A stretch of 64,000 nucleotides of DNA from Sulfolobales archaeon (lineage in GTDB: Archaea > Thermoproteota > Thermoprotei_A > Sulfolobales > AG1): contig JAWBYA010000005.1 in NCBI GenBank assembly GCA_038867615.1, forward strand, positions 64,001-128,000. Reading direction: 5' to 3'. Shown one piece after another: positions 1 through 9,019 of this stretch. Numbering within the stretch: the first letter of the stretch is position 1; the number at the start of each line of letters is the position of its first letter. Position numbers and translations under genes: made by a program. The notes beneath the pieces are model-generated. The model was given only the letters and a program-made list of their open reading frames with translations, did no database searches and was not told where the DNA came from.

Positions 1-1119
1 CCCAGCAAGCCTTTCGAGGGTTTTCTCGAATCTTATGAACTGGAGCTCTTTCTCAGGATCTCTGCCAAGCGCTAGTGCTAGAGCATACATCCCTATATTG
101 GCTGGTAGATATCCTGAGGAGTTCTCGAGAACGATCACTCCGAGCCTTTCTTCTGGTAGATAACCCATATATGCCGTGTGGACAAGCACCGATCCTCCGT
201 GGCCGACGAGCTTTCTACCGAGGAAGCTGGGTATTATTCTTAATCCAAGCCCGTAGCCCTCTCCAGGGAACTGTGTGTATGGGTATGTTATCCTTATCCT
301 CTCCATCTCCTCGATACTCTTGCTAGAAACAATCTCGGTGTCATTGAGTCTTCCCCTATTGATCAGCATTGATATATATCTAGCCATATCTATGCAGTTG
401 CTAAGCAAACCACCGTCTGAGGTTATTCCGTAGGGGAATGGTGTTTTAACCAACCTACCCTCACGATCTATGGCATATGGTGATGCTACATCGCTATCCC
501 TCTCAACCTCCTCCTTTGCAAAATAGCTCCTCCTCATACCGAGGGGTTCGAGTATTCTTTTCCTAACAAACTCCTCATAACTCATCCCAGAGACCTTGCT
601 TATGATCATGCCTAGCAAGACATAGCCCTCGTTTAGGTAGAAATACCTCTCGCCAGGCTTTGCAACAGCCCACGAGCCAGCGTCTGAGAGGAATGTCAGC
701 ATATCCTCATAGCTAGATATAGGGATCCAGGTGGCGTTCTCCTCACCAACAGCGCTCCTGATATAGGCCTCGGCATAGGCTAGAGCAGGGATCCCGCTCG
801 TATGGCTCATTAGATGCCATATCCTTATCCTCTCTCCTCCTGGCCTGATATCTAGGGGTATATAGCTATCAACATAGTCATCTATGCTAAGCCTACCCTC
901 CTCAGAGAGGATCATTATAGATAGGCTTGTGAAAGACTTAGTAATAGATCCAATCCCATATACAGTGCTAGGAAGCGCTGGAAGACCCTTCCCATAATCC
1001 CTAAAACCAAAACCCCTCGAATATATGATAGACCCATCCTTAACAACAGCTATGCTTAAGCCAGGAACCTTATTCCTACTCATCCTATCTAGGACAAAAC
1101 TCTCTAGCCTCTCAAACAT
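1..1119 (-). CDS. Serine hydrolase, beta-lactamase/penicillin-recognising family (Pab87-like peptidase); 3' end runs off the window
   Basis: Missing from the ORF track. Manual translation from ATG 1119 gives MFERLESFVLDRMSRNKVPGLSIAVVKDG...YGIGSITKSF (SxxK motif), with YxN (YLNEGY) downstream. Confidence 0.9.
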   Translation of the reverse strand, partial: MFERLESFVLDRMSRNKVPGLSIAVVKDGSIIYSRGFGFRDYGKGLPALPSTVYGIGSITKSFTSLSIMILSEEGRLSIDDYVDSYIPLDIRPGGERIRIWHLMSHTSGIPALAYAEAYIRSAVGEENATWIPISSYEDMLTFLSDAGSWAVAKPGERYFYLNEGYVLLGMIISKVSGMSYEEFVRKRILEPLGMRRSYFAKEEVERDSDVASPYAIDREGRLVKTPFPYGITSDGGLLSNCIDMARYISMLINRGRLNDTEIVSSKSIEEMERIRITYPYTQFPGEGYGLGLRIIPSFLGRKLVGHGGSVLVHTAYMGYLPEERLGVIVLENSSGYLPANIGMYALALALGRDPEKELQFIRFEKTLERLAG

Positions 1120-1212
1120 CTTCAAGACGAGCACCGAGATCTCTATGAGATGGAGAATAATAACATTAACAACCATCTCATCTATACTGGTAGTGAGTAA
1201 GAGAGCGCTTTA

Positions 1213-1362
1213 TCAGCACTTATAATTCTTATAACATATATTGAACCTCTTAGCCAGATCACAGAGAATCCTTAGAGGCACAACAGCCCTCTTATTACCC
1301 GAGACCATGACTATAGCCATCTTACCGCTTATCACAACCTCGGCTTCCACGCATTTCTCCAT
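1213..1362 (-). CDS. Small Cys-rich hypothetical protein (49 aa)
   Basis: Manual translation MEKCVEAEVVISGKMAIVMVSGNKRAVVPLRILCDLAKRFNICYKNYKC*. GAGG lies just upstream; the ORF is below the track size cutoff. Confidence 0.6.
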   Translation of the reverse strand: MEKCVEAEVVISGKMAIVMVSGNKRAVVPLRILCDLAKRFNICYKNYKC

Positions 1363-1567
1363 ATATCCTCTATAATCTATCCCCCTACCCCCATTATTTG
1401 TTTTAGCCAGTGCTATTAACAGAGCTCAGCATACAATAGCACCTATAGCATGTATCCAGACCTAGTCTAGGGCCCGTGCTATAGGATTCCCATAATAGAT
1501 CGTTTCAAATCCATAAAGCAAGACCCATCGCTAAATGATCGGAGTACTCGCAGAGAGCTCTAAATCT

Positions 1568-2866
1568 TCAGGCTCTCTCAACCTCAGCTAGAGCTCTATC
1601 CATCACATTTACTATTATATCTAGAAGCTCTGTTCCGATTGTCAGGGGTGGCTGTATTCTTATCACCGAACCATATATTCCTCCCCTGCCAACAAGCACC
1701 CCCATGTTTCTAGCAAACTCTTTAACCTTCTTAGCCTCCTGTGTCGCTGGTGTTTTCTTGGCATCCCTGACCAGCTCAATGCCTACTATTAATCCAAGAC
1801 CTCTGACATCCCCTACCAGTGGGTGTTTATCTTGGAGTTCTCTGAGTCTTTTGAGCAGGTACTCACCTTTTCTGGCAGCCTGTTCATGTAGCCCCTCCCT
1901 CTCGATGATCTCTATGGTTTTTAGCGCGGCTGCAGCTGAGACGGGGTTGCCGCCGAATGTTGAGAAGTGATCCCCAGGCTCGAAGGAGCTTGCTATCTCG
2001 TCTCTAGTTACACATGCCCCCAGTGGAAAGCCGCCTGCTAATGCTTTAGCTAGCGTGACTATGTCTGGCTCAACCCCGTAGTGCTCGATCCCAAACATCT
2101 TCCCTGTCCTGCCAAAGCCTGTCTGAACCTCATCGGCTATTAAGAGGGCTCCGAGGGGGTCTAGGATCTCCTCCTTGACTATTCTGAGATAGTTCCTAGG
2201 CAGGGGTATTATGCCTCCCTCTGCTATGACGGGCTCTACAATCATTGCCGATACCTGGCCTGTTGATGCCTCCCTCACTATGCTTTTAGCAATCTCGGCA
2301 TAGATCTTGCCGCACTCCTCCTCATCGCCTCCGAACGGGGATCTGTAGCAATAGGGGGCTGGAATGAATATAGAACCTGGTAGGAGGGGTCCGAAGCCCT
2401 TCTTCCTAGACCCGTGTCCCGTTATGCTCATAGTACCAAGGGTTCTCCCATGGAAAGACGGTGTTAGGGCTATCACCTCGTATTTCTTGGTATACTTTCT
2501 GGCAAGCTTCAAAGCACACTCGTTAGCCTCAGCACCGCTGTTACCGAAAAAGCTCTTGGTAAGCCTTCTGCTAGGCATGATCTCTGCAAGCTTCTTAGCA
2601 AGCTGGGCCACGACGGGGACGTAGTAGTAATACGAGGATACATGGACAAACCTCCTAGCCTGCTCAAATGCTGCTGAGATCACCTCCTCCCTACCATGAC
2701 CTATATTCATTACAGAGATCCCGGAGAAAGCGTCTATATATTCTCTACCATTAACATCCCTAATGATCTCGCCCCTAGCTTCTGCAACAACCACAGGATC
2801 TACCTCGTCAACTATATTCAGGATCATATACCTATGGGCATCTCTAATAACCTCATCCCTATCCAT
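1568..2866 (-). CDS. Class III PLP-dependent aminotransferase (GABA/acetylornithine aminotransferase family)
   Basis: Motifs NSGAEANE, FHGRT, IADEVQTGFGRTG, PDIVTLAKAL (PLP Lys), STFGGNP. Start trimmed to MDRDEV because the upstream extension is AT-rich intergenic sequence. Confidence 0.92.
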   Translation of the reverse strand: MDRDEVIRDAHRYMILNIVDEVDPVVVAEARGEIIRDVNGREYIDAFSGISVMNIGHGREEVISAAFEQARRFVHVSSYYYYVPVVAQLAKKLAEIMPSRRLTKSFFGNSGAEANECALKLARKYTKKYEVIALTPSFHGRTLGTMSITGHGSRKKGFGPLLPGSIFIPAPYCYRSPFGGDEEECGKIYAEIAKSIVREASTGQVSAMIVEPVIAEGGIIPLPRNYLRIVKEEILDPLGALLIADEVQTGFGRTGKMFGIEHYGVEPDIVTLAKALAGGFPLGACVTRDEIASSFEPGDHFSTFGGNPVSAAAALKTIEIIEREGLHEQAARKGEYLLKRLRELQDKHPLVGDVRGLGLIVGIELVRDAKKTPATQEAKKVKEFARNMGVLVGRGGIYGSVIRIQPPLTIGTELLDIIVNVMDRALAEVERA

Positions 2867-2999
2867 ACGCGCCCCATCTATCAGAACAAATATACAATAT
2901 ATATTATTATTCCGGTAAATGTTAAACATTGTATCGCTTAACATATACACCAATAACACGGGATTTGATAACAACAATAGATTCCAGAGAGCCGAGGGA

Positions 3000-4055
3000 T
3001 CATCTATCGGTTGTTATATGTGTCCTCGAGACCTCCTCAGCAGCTTTAACACCGCTCTCTACTTGCTCCCATGGAGACATATTTCTCCACAACCCCCCAA
3101 CCCCTACCAGGTAGATCCCGTTGGATGCTAGATAGGCTCTAACCTCTTCTAAGAATCCCCCGCCGGATCCTAGCGGGGTTATATATGGTATTGTATATAC
3201 CCTCTCGCTCACCACATCCTCCTTATTACTAGCTAGCTTAGCCCATCTAGCTTCTGCAAATGCTCTGGAAACCTGGTCTGTGGGCGGTGGATTCCCTTTA
3301 CAATAGCTCATGAGGCTTTCGACGAGATAGTGGTTAGGAGGCGCTGATGAGGGGTCTATGTTTGATAATATATAGAATGTATGGGTTCTCGAAGCCCTCG
3401 TCCCGTGGATCACTATATCCCATTTCGGAGCATCCCCCCTGATTCCGAGGGCGATGCCCATAAGATCTACATGATCAAGGCTTGCCGCGAGCTCCATAAA
3501 CTTTCCAGAGATCTTCTCGTCATAGAGGCTCTCTAGAAGGAGTGGTAGGGGGTATGATGATACGAGTACACCATATCTAATAACCCTGCCATTCCTGAGA
3601 ACAGCTATTCTTCTAGCTATATCTATCTTCCTAGGAGTATAATATGTATACTCGGAACAGCCGCTAGCGAGCATGGATTTTATAGCACGCCCCCAACCGC
3701 CTCTGGGGATGCAGAGTCTGCCCCCGAGCTCAGGATACCACCAGGGCTTCTCACCAGAAGATCTCCAGCACATGGTTTTTGAAACATGATCCCCCTCCTT
3801 AGCTATGGTGAAAGAGACCTCCTTACATAGCATTTGGAACCCGTGTTTCTCGAAGAAGCCTGAGAACCTCTCAGGGATCAGTAGGGGTAGTTTCTCAAAC
3901 CTAAAGCCCACGGAATGCTGGGTTCCTAGATATCCCCCAGGCTCTAGGCTTGAGTCGACAATAAGTATGCCTCTATATCCCTGAGAACACATGCTCCTCA
4001 CAAAGGAGGCTGCCGCTAGATCGCTTCCAAGGACTAGGAGTGGTCTGCTCTCCAT
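3000..4055 (-). CDS. Divergent FAD/NAD(P)-dependent oxidoreductase (protoporphyrinogen oxidase-like fold)
   Basis: N-terminal LLVLGSDLAA...EPGG, central PRGGWG, C-terminal GIYLVGVGGLW pattern. Confidence 0.55.
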   Translation of the reverse strand: MESRPLLVLGSDLAAASFVRSMCSQGYRGILIVDSSLEPGGYLGTQHSVGFRFEKLPLLIPERFSGFFEKHGFQMLCKEVSFTIAKEGDHVSKTMCWRSSGEKPWWYPELGGRLCIPRGGWGRAIKSMLASGCSEYTYYTPRKIDIARRIAVLRNGRVIRYGVLVSSYPLPLLLESLYDEKISGKFMELAASLDHVDLMGIALGIRGDAPKWDIVIHGTRASRTHTFYILSNIDPSSAPPNHYLVESLMSYCKGNPPPTDQVSRAFAEARWAKLASNKEDVVSERVYTIPYITPLGSGGGFLEEVRAYLASNGIYLVGVGGLWRNMSPWEQVESGVKAAEEVSRTHITTDR

Positions 4056-4152
4056 CCCACTTCAACAGAATATCCCCTAGCCCCTATATTAGACCATAGA
4101 CTCCATAGGTATATCATCATATTACTAGCTAGGCAGTATAGCTTGGGCGAGC

Positions 4153-4707
4153 ATGGCGGCGATAGTGGCTGGGCTAGACCTCTCGGGAGTCCCTAGGAGA
4201 TGTAGTGGGTATGCAGAGATCCATGTACCGCGAAAAAATATTCTGGATGCTAAATGCCTCTACGAGGATAGAGAGATAATAGAGACTATCAAGAACAGGA
4301 TCTCCGTGGTAGCTATAGACGCCCCCATCTCTAGAGAGCCTACCATGAGGGAGCTTGATAGAGAGGCTATCAGGAGGGGCTATAGGGTTCTGCCGCCAAG
4401 CATGGGAGGCATGAGGATCCTTACCCAGAGGGCTTGGAGGATATATAGCGAGCTCAAGGAATCCGGTGTGATCGTGATAGAGACCCATCCCAGAAGCGCT
4501 CTCAAAAGCTCAGGATCAGGCGGCTTGGAAGAGCTCCTGAGAAGACTTGGTATAGAGATCCCACAAGGCTTGGTGGAAGCTGCTAGAGCTAAGGATATAT
4601 CGGATGCTATAGTTGCCTCGGTAGTAGCCTATTGCTATTATACTAGAGAGTGCATAAGATCTATAGAGGCTCCCGATGGAGTGTTATACCTTATAGCCAG
4701 GCTCTGA
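4153..4707 (+). CDS. DUF429-family RNase H-like fold protein
   Basis: VAGLDLS, VAIDAP, R..DRE, VIETHP, DISDA motifs. Confidence 0.8.
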   Translation: MAAIVAGLDLSGVPRRCSGYAEIHVPRKNILDAKCLYEDREIIETIKNRISVVAIDAPISREPTMRELDREAIRRGYRVLPPSMGGMRILTQRAWRIYSELKESGVIVIETHPRSALKSSGSGGLEELLRRLGIEIPQGLVEAARAKDISDAIVASVVAYCYYTRECIRSIEAPDGVLYLIARL

Positions 4708-4783
4708 GAAGGTCTCTATTCAAAAGCATCTAGAGCGTTGCAGTGTTATTGCATAGATGTTAAGGGCTTTTCACAAATGATTC

Positions 4784-5419
4784 TTGGGATTGGTTTCTGT
4801 GAGACCTTCCACAGGCTACCCAGAAATCGATTCAGAGTTATTCGTAAACGGCGAACCCCTAATCATATACGGCGAGCCCGGGTCTGGCAAGACAAACCTC
4901 GTACTCAAGATACTCAGAGAGTCCCTGAGAATCGGTATGAACGCCTCCTACATATCCACAGAGGGAAGCCTGGTTCTCGAGAGAATGGATAGAATGGGGA
5001 TCCTTGATTTCGAAGCTCTTCACATAGCATTCGCACAAAGCCTATCCCACCTAGCCAAGCTAGCCTCCGAAGCGATCATCGCCGAGCACTCAATAGTAGT
5101 TATAGACAGCATTAACTCACTCTACAGAACCGAGGTTGGCTTCACCCCAAGGGCTAACGAGATCTTCCTCGGAATCCTCGCCATGCTTAAACACCACTCA
5201 CTCTCAGGAAGATGGTCTATAGCTACAGCCCAGGTGAGAGAAATCGAGGATCTAGAACCATCAGGAATAGACCTCATAAGCTTCTACTGCAAAAACCTAG
5301 CAAGGGTCTCGAAAAACGCTAGAGGCACTAGAATCCTTGAGATAGGGGGCAAGAGGTATAGATTCAAAATAACAGAAGATAACGTGATCTTCTCAACCAG
5401 GGTCTCGAAACCCCGTTGA
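4784..5419 (+). CDS. RecA/RadA-superfamily ATPase (RadB/aRadC-like paralog)
   Basis: STGYPEID, Walker A GEPGSGKT, YISTEG, Walker B VVIDSINSLYR, ATAQV; no N-terminal HhH domain. Confidence 0.8.
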   Translation: MGLVSVRPSTGYPEIDSELFVNGEPLIIYGEPGSGKTNLVLKILRESLRIGMNASYISTEGSLVLERMDRMGILDFEALHIAFAQSLSHLAKLASEAIIAEHSIVVIDSINSLYRTEVGFTPRANEIFLGILAMLKHHSLSGRWSIATAQVREIEDLEPSGIDLISFYCKNLARVSKNARGTRILEIGGKRYRFKITEDNVIFSTRVSKPR

Positions 5420-5746
5420 TTTGCCTGCAAGCGTAATTATAGAGATGCGCATGCATGGTTACAATGGCGAAAGGATCTACGAGCTCCCTGAGCAAGGAAA
5501 AGGAGAAAATAAGAGTAGATACTGGGAGGAGATTAAAGATAAAGAATAGCTGAGAGAATTAGTAATAATGGCTGGGGAGGATATCATAGCACCCATATAT
5601 GTAACTAGATCGCAACATAGCAATGCACAGCTTTCAAACAATATCTAGAAACTATGGAGATCGGTAGTTTAAAACGAGGTCTCTATTCCTATTCCTATAT
5701 CACAGATTCTTTAGAACGAAACAGTACCTAGATCTTTTACTCTTGC

Positions 5747-6511
5747 TCATTTTATCTCTAGCTCTCTTCCGTATATTGTTTCTATTCCTAGCTCTTTTGC
5801 TCTTTCTATTGCTTCCTTCATTACGTTTATGGCTACTATTATTTTCTTATCAGGTTTTTTCCCGAGTATTTTTTCGAATATCTCACATCTCTCGTAGAAC
5901 CACTCAACATCGTCTAGCTCTAGAAGGCTTCTAACCTCTATGAAGTATGTGATATTGTCGTGCACATAGATATCTATCTCAAGCCTCGCACCCCTTCTAT
6001 AGTATCTCCCATCGATATCCTTATAGCTTATCTTCTCAACCCTGGCTGGAGAGATCCCTAGTTCTTCTAAAATATCGGAATAGACGTTAAGGATCATTCT
6101 CTCAAGATCTATGCCAACCCTTCCAGACAAGCTCCCGAGAGAGGCCTCGATCCTCATCAAAGCCTTAGAGTGTTCTTGAAGAATCTTAGAATGCTCCTGA
6201 AGAATCCTAGAATGTTCTTGAAGAATCTTAGAGTGGTACTCGAGGATCTTAGAATGTTCTTCGAGAATTTTAGAGTGTTCTTGAAGAATCCTGGAGTGCT
6301 CCTGGAGCGTTCTGGAATGTCCTTCGAGGATTTCTGCGTGTCTTCCAAGTATTTCGTAGATTTTCTTGATATGCTCTGCTATAGTCTTAATAGCCTCTGC
6401 GATATCCCTAAGCTCCTCCGTCCTTGCAGCCCTTACAGCCCTCTCAATGATCTCTTCTATGGTTTTCCAATCAATACTAATGCTCGCGCCTTCTGAATCC
6501 TTGGTGCTCAT
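5747..6511 (-). CDS. Coiled-coil protein with C-terminal PD-(D/E)XK-like domain (DUF3782/DUF1626-like)
   Basis: Heptad repeats followed by LEIDIYV...FIEVRS and AKELGI, typical of this crenarchaeal family. Confidence 0.8.
   Translation of the reverse strand: MSTKDSEGASISIDWKTIEEIIERAVRAARTEELRDIAEAIKTIAEHIKKIYEILGRHAEILEGHSRTLQEHSRILQEHSKILEEHSKILEYHSKILQEHSRILQEHSKILQEHSKALMRIEASLGSLSGRVGIDLERMILNVYSDILEELGISPARVEKISYKDIDGRYYRRGARLEIDIYVHDNITYFIEVRSLLELDDVEWFYERCEIFEKILGKKPDKKIIVAINVMKEAIERAKELGIETIYGRELEIK
6161..6349 (-). repeat. About nine tandem 21-nt coding repeats (LQEHSKI heptads)
   Basis: Repeated units of the form ttgaagaatc(c/t)tagaatgttc. Confidence 0.9.
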
Positions 6512-6763
6512 ACTCTCAAGATAGATGCTCTTCAGAATTATTTAAACACGTAATTAAGAGCCTCTTCCTTTATTTATAAAGATCTCATCTAGCCTATAGG
6601 GGTCTAGAGATCCAGTGAGGGGACATAAACCGCTGTTAATCCCAAGTCACGGGTTTTATGTCTATTCTAGAGACCCCAGGATCTTCGTAGGCTGTGGGCT
6701 GGGTTTATTTACTCTCTCTGCTTGATATTTACCTCTTGAGTAGATACTGTTTGGGTATTCCCT

Positions 6764-7021
6764 ATGGCGAGCGATGTTTCAAAGACTAGAGGATATCTTA
6801 AATCATTCGGTGTGAGTGTTACGAACTATGAGGAGGAGATGCTTAAACTCATAGAGAAGGCTGGGAAGGGGGTTTCGACAGAGGATCTTGTTGAGGCTAT
6901 AAGGCTTACTGAGAATCTGAATAAGAGGCTTATAGAGATTGTTGAGCATGTCCTATCTATAGAGATTGAGCTTCTCAGAGAGCTTATAAGCAAGGCTGGA
7001 TCTGGAGGGGCTAGGGTCTGA
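6764..7021 (+). CDS. Hypothetical helical protein (85 aa) upstream of the FdhE-like gene
   Basis: ATG ORF with typical codon usage, 20 nt from the next gene. Confidence 0.7.
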   Translation: MASDVSKTRGYLKSFGVSVTNYEEEMLKLIEKAGKGVSTEDLVEAIRLTENLNKRLIEIVEHVLSIEIELLRELISKAGSGGARV

Positions 7022-7041
7022 GCAGCTCTGTCGTAGAAACT

Positions 7042-7722
7042 ATGGCAAGGATTCCCTGTGGATCTAATACTGAGTGTCAGGACGAGCTGAAGGAGTATCT
7101 AGAGCTCTATGAGCATCTCCACAGATCCATAGAGTCTCTCAACATAGATGTCGAGATGGAGTGTGATAAATATCCTCTAATAGTGTGTGTGAGGAACATA
7201 CAAGGTCTAGCTAGAAAGGCAGCCGAGATTCTGGCGGGACTTGGTGCTGATATGAACGAGACAGAGATCCTGGAGAGTATTAGAAAAACAAGAGAGGAGA
7301 GTGAGATAGGATCCCTAGCATCATATGTACTCAGGAGGATTGTTTTCAGAGGGCTTAGGGATAGGGTGAAGAACCTCTCGTGGAGCTCTGGAAAATGCCC
7401 GGTATGTGGCTTAACACCTATAGCGGCTATAGTTAGGAGGACTCCTCATGGCTTTTTCTCGCAGCTAAGGTTAGAGCTTCACTGTCTCTGCGGCTTCTCA
7501 TGGTCGTATGATGCTTTTAAATGCCCCCTGTGTGGCAATGCGTCTAGAGATAAGTTCGAGGTGATTATGATCAATAGTCTCAAGATCCAGAGGTGCATGC
7601 TATGCAGCCACGCGGTAGCTATAGTTGATGAGGGTCCCCTCATATCAGGGGATCTTGTGCATGTTATCATGAGCTATTCTACGATGAGGCTCGCATCTAT
7701 GGAGAAGCATGGGGGTTCATGA
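7042..7722 (+). CDS. fdhE: FdhE-like formate dehydrogenase accessory protein
   Basis: W...CPVCG..P, HCLCGFSW, CPLCGN, CMLC cysteine clusters. Confidence 0.72.
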   Translation: MARIPCGSNTECQDELKEYLELYEHLHRSIESLNIDVEMECDKYPLIVCVRNIQGLARKAAEILAGLGADMNETEILESIRKTREESEIGSLASYVLRRIVFRGLRDRVKNLSWSSGKCPVCGLTPIAAIVRRTPHGFFSQLRLELHCLCGFSWSYDAFKCPLCGNASRDKFEVIMINSLKIQRCMLCSHAVAIVDEGPLISGDLVHVIMSYSTMRLASMEKHGGS

Positions 7723-7906
7723 AAATTAATAATAGATCTATAGTGATGCTATGTATATGTTTTTACAGATATCCAGGATCATAATACATCTTATTCCAAC
7801 ATACCCTTGAAAGAAAGATCCTCTTGCAAAATTTTTAGGCTTTCTAGCTAATTATTATTGGGTCTCCCCTTCTCTTTATCCACAATACCCCTGGAGGTGA
7901 TCTTCT

Positions 7907-8860
7907 TTGCACAGGCAGGTGCTCAGAAACTCTAAGGGCGCCCTGAGAGCCGCATTGGTAGCTGGGGTTGTCTCGGTTATATTTGCTGCTGGCGAGCTCC
8001 TAGCTATGAGCTGGCTTGGGCATTCAAGCATAGTTATGGCCGACATGATCCACAGCATCCTTGATGCTCTGATGAGTTTCGCAACAGCCTTCTCGATCTA
8101 TATTGTAACCACGCGTAGAAGATCCTCTAGATTCCCCTGGGGCCTCTACAACGCCGAGAGCCTGGCATCCATGTTCATAGCAATAGTAACACTCTTCTAC
8201 GCGTTAGAGACACTCTATACAGGGCTTACAAGCCCCTCCAAAACACCACACTATGTCATACCACTACTACTCGTGGGCTTTGCTGTATCGTATTCCATGT
8301 ACAGGCTTGAGGCTAGATGGGCTGAGAGGTCTATGTCATCCTCCCTCAGATCCGACGCCCTCCACGCAAGATCAGACGCAATGCTAACCCTCTCAGCACT
8401 AGCCGGAGTTGCTATAGAGCTTACAAGCGGAAGCCTATTACCACAGGCAGTAGTCCTAATACTCATAACCGGGTATATTGTGAGGGACTCTCTATATATA
8501 TTCAAGGAAGCTGTGCTCTCAATACTTGGCGCTATGCCGTCTAAAGAAACCGTCGAGCATCTTATAAGAATTGCTGAGAGCTCCTCAGGTTTAAAAGTAT
8601 ATAGAGCTATGCTTAAACGTATGGGGTCTTTCGTCTCCGGCGTAATAATGCTCGAAGCAGAACCCACAATAAGCCTTGGAGAGGCCCACAGGATCTCTAG
8701 AAAAGTGAGAAGAGCCATCTATAGGGAGAGACCTGATGTGGTAAACCTAGTAGTGGTAATCAAACCAAGGGAGAACATGATAAGGATCATCAGAAATAAC
8801 TACCAGTACCAAGAGAGAGGCCAGCCGATCACTAGCTACAGCTATCAAGTGATCAAATAA
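7907..8860 (+). CDS. Cation diffusion facilitator family transporter
   Basis: ADMIHSILD, FPWG..NAESL, SDALHARSD motifs; ~6 TM segments; C-terminal dimerisation domain. Confidence 0.9.
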   Translation: MHRQVLRNSKGALRAALVAGVVSVIFAAGELLAMSWLGHSSIVMADMIHSILDALMSFATAFSIYIVTTRRRSSRFPWGLYNAESLASMFIAIVTLFYALETLYTGLTSPSKTPHYVIPLLLVGFAVSYSMYRLEARWAERSMSSSLRSDALHARSDAMLTLSALAGVAIELTSGSLLPQAVVLILITGYIVRDSLYIFKEAVLSILGAMPSKETVEHLIRIAESSSGLKVYRAMLKRMGSFVSGVIMLEAEPTISLGEAHRISRKVRRAIYRERPDVVNLVVVIKPRENMIRIIRNNYQYQERGQPITSYSYQVIK

Positions 8861-9019
8861 ACATATTTTATTAATGAAATGAATCATATACACACCTACT
8901 CTCCCCAATTTTGACATCAGAGATTCGGGCTACACAGCAATCGATATTGCTTGGTACAAACGCTCTTAGAGGACTAGTATAGCTGATCAAAAATAAAAAC
9001 CGAAAAACTTGCCACGTTA

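Noticed and set aside
5440-5670. Short purine-rich frames that might be a pseudogene fragment
   Set aside because: No assignable motif; too short to support a call
6161-6349. Possible CRISPR array
   Set aside because: The 21-nt units are contiguous, in-frame coding repeats without spacers. No CRISPR array or cas gene was seen in the window.
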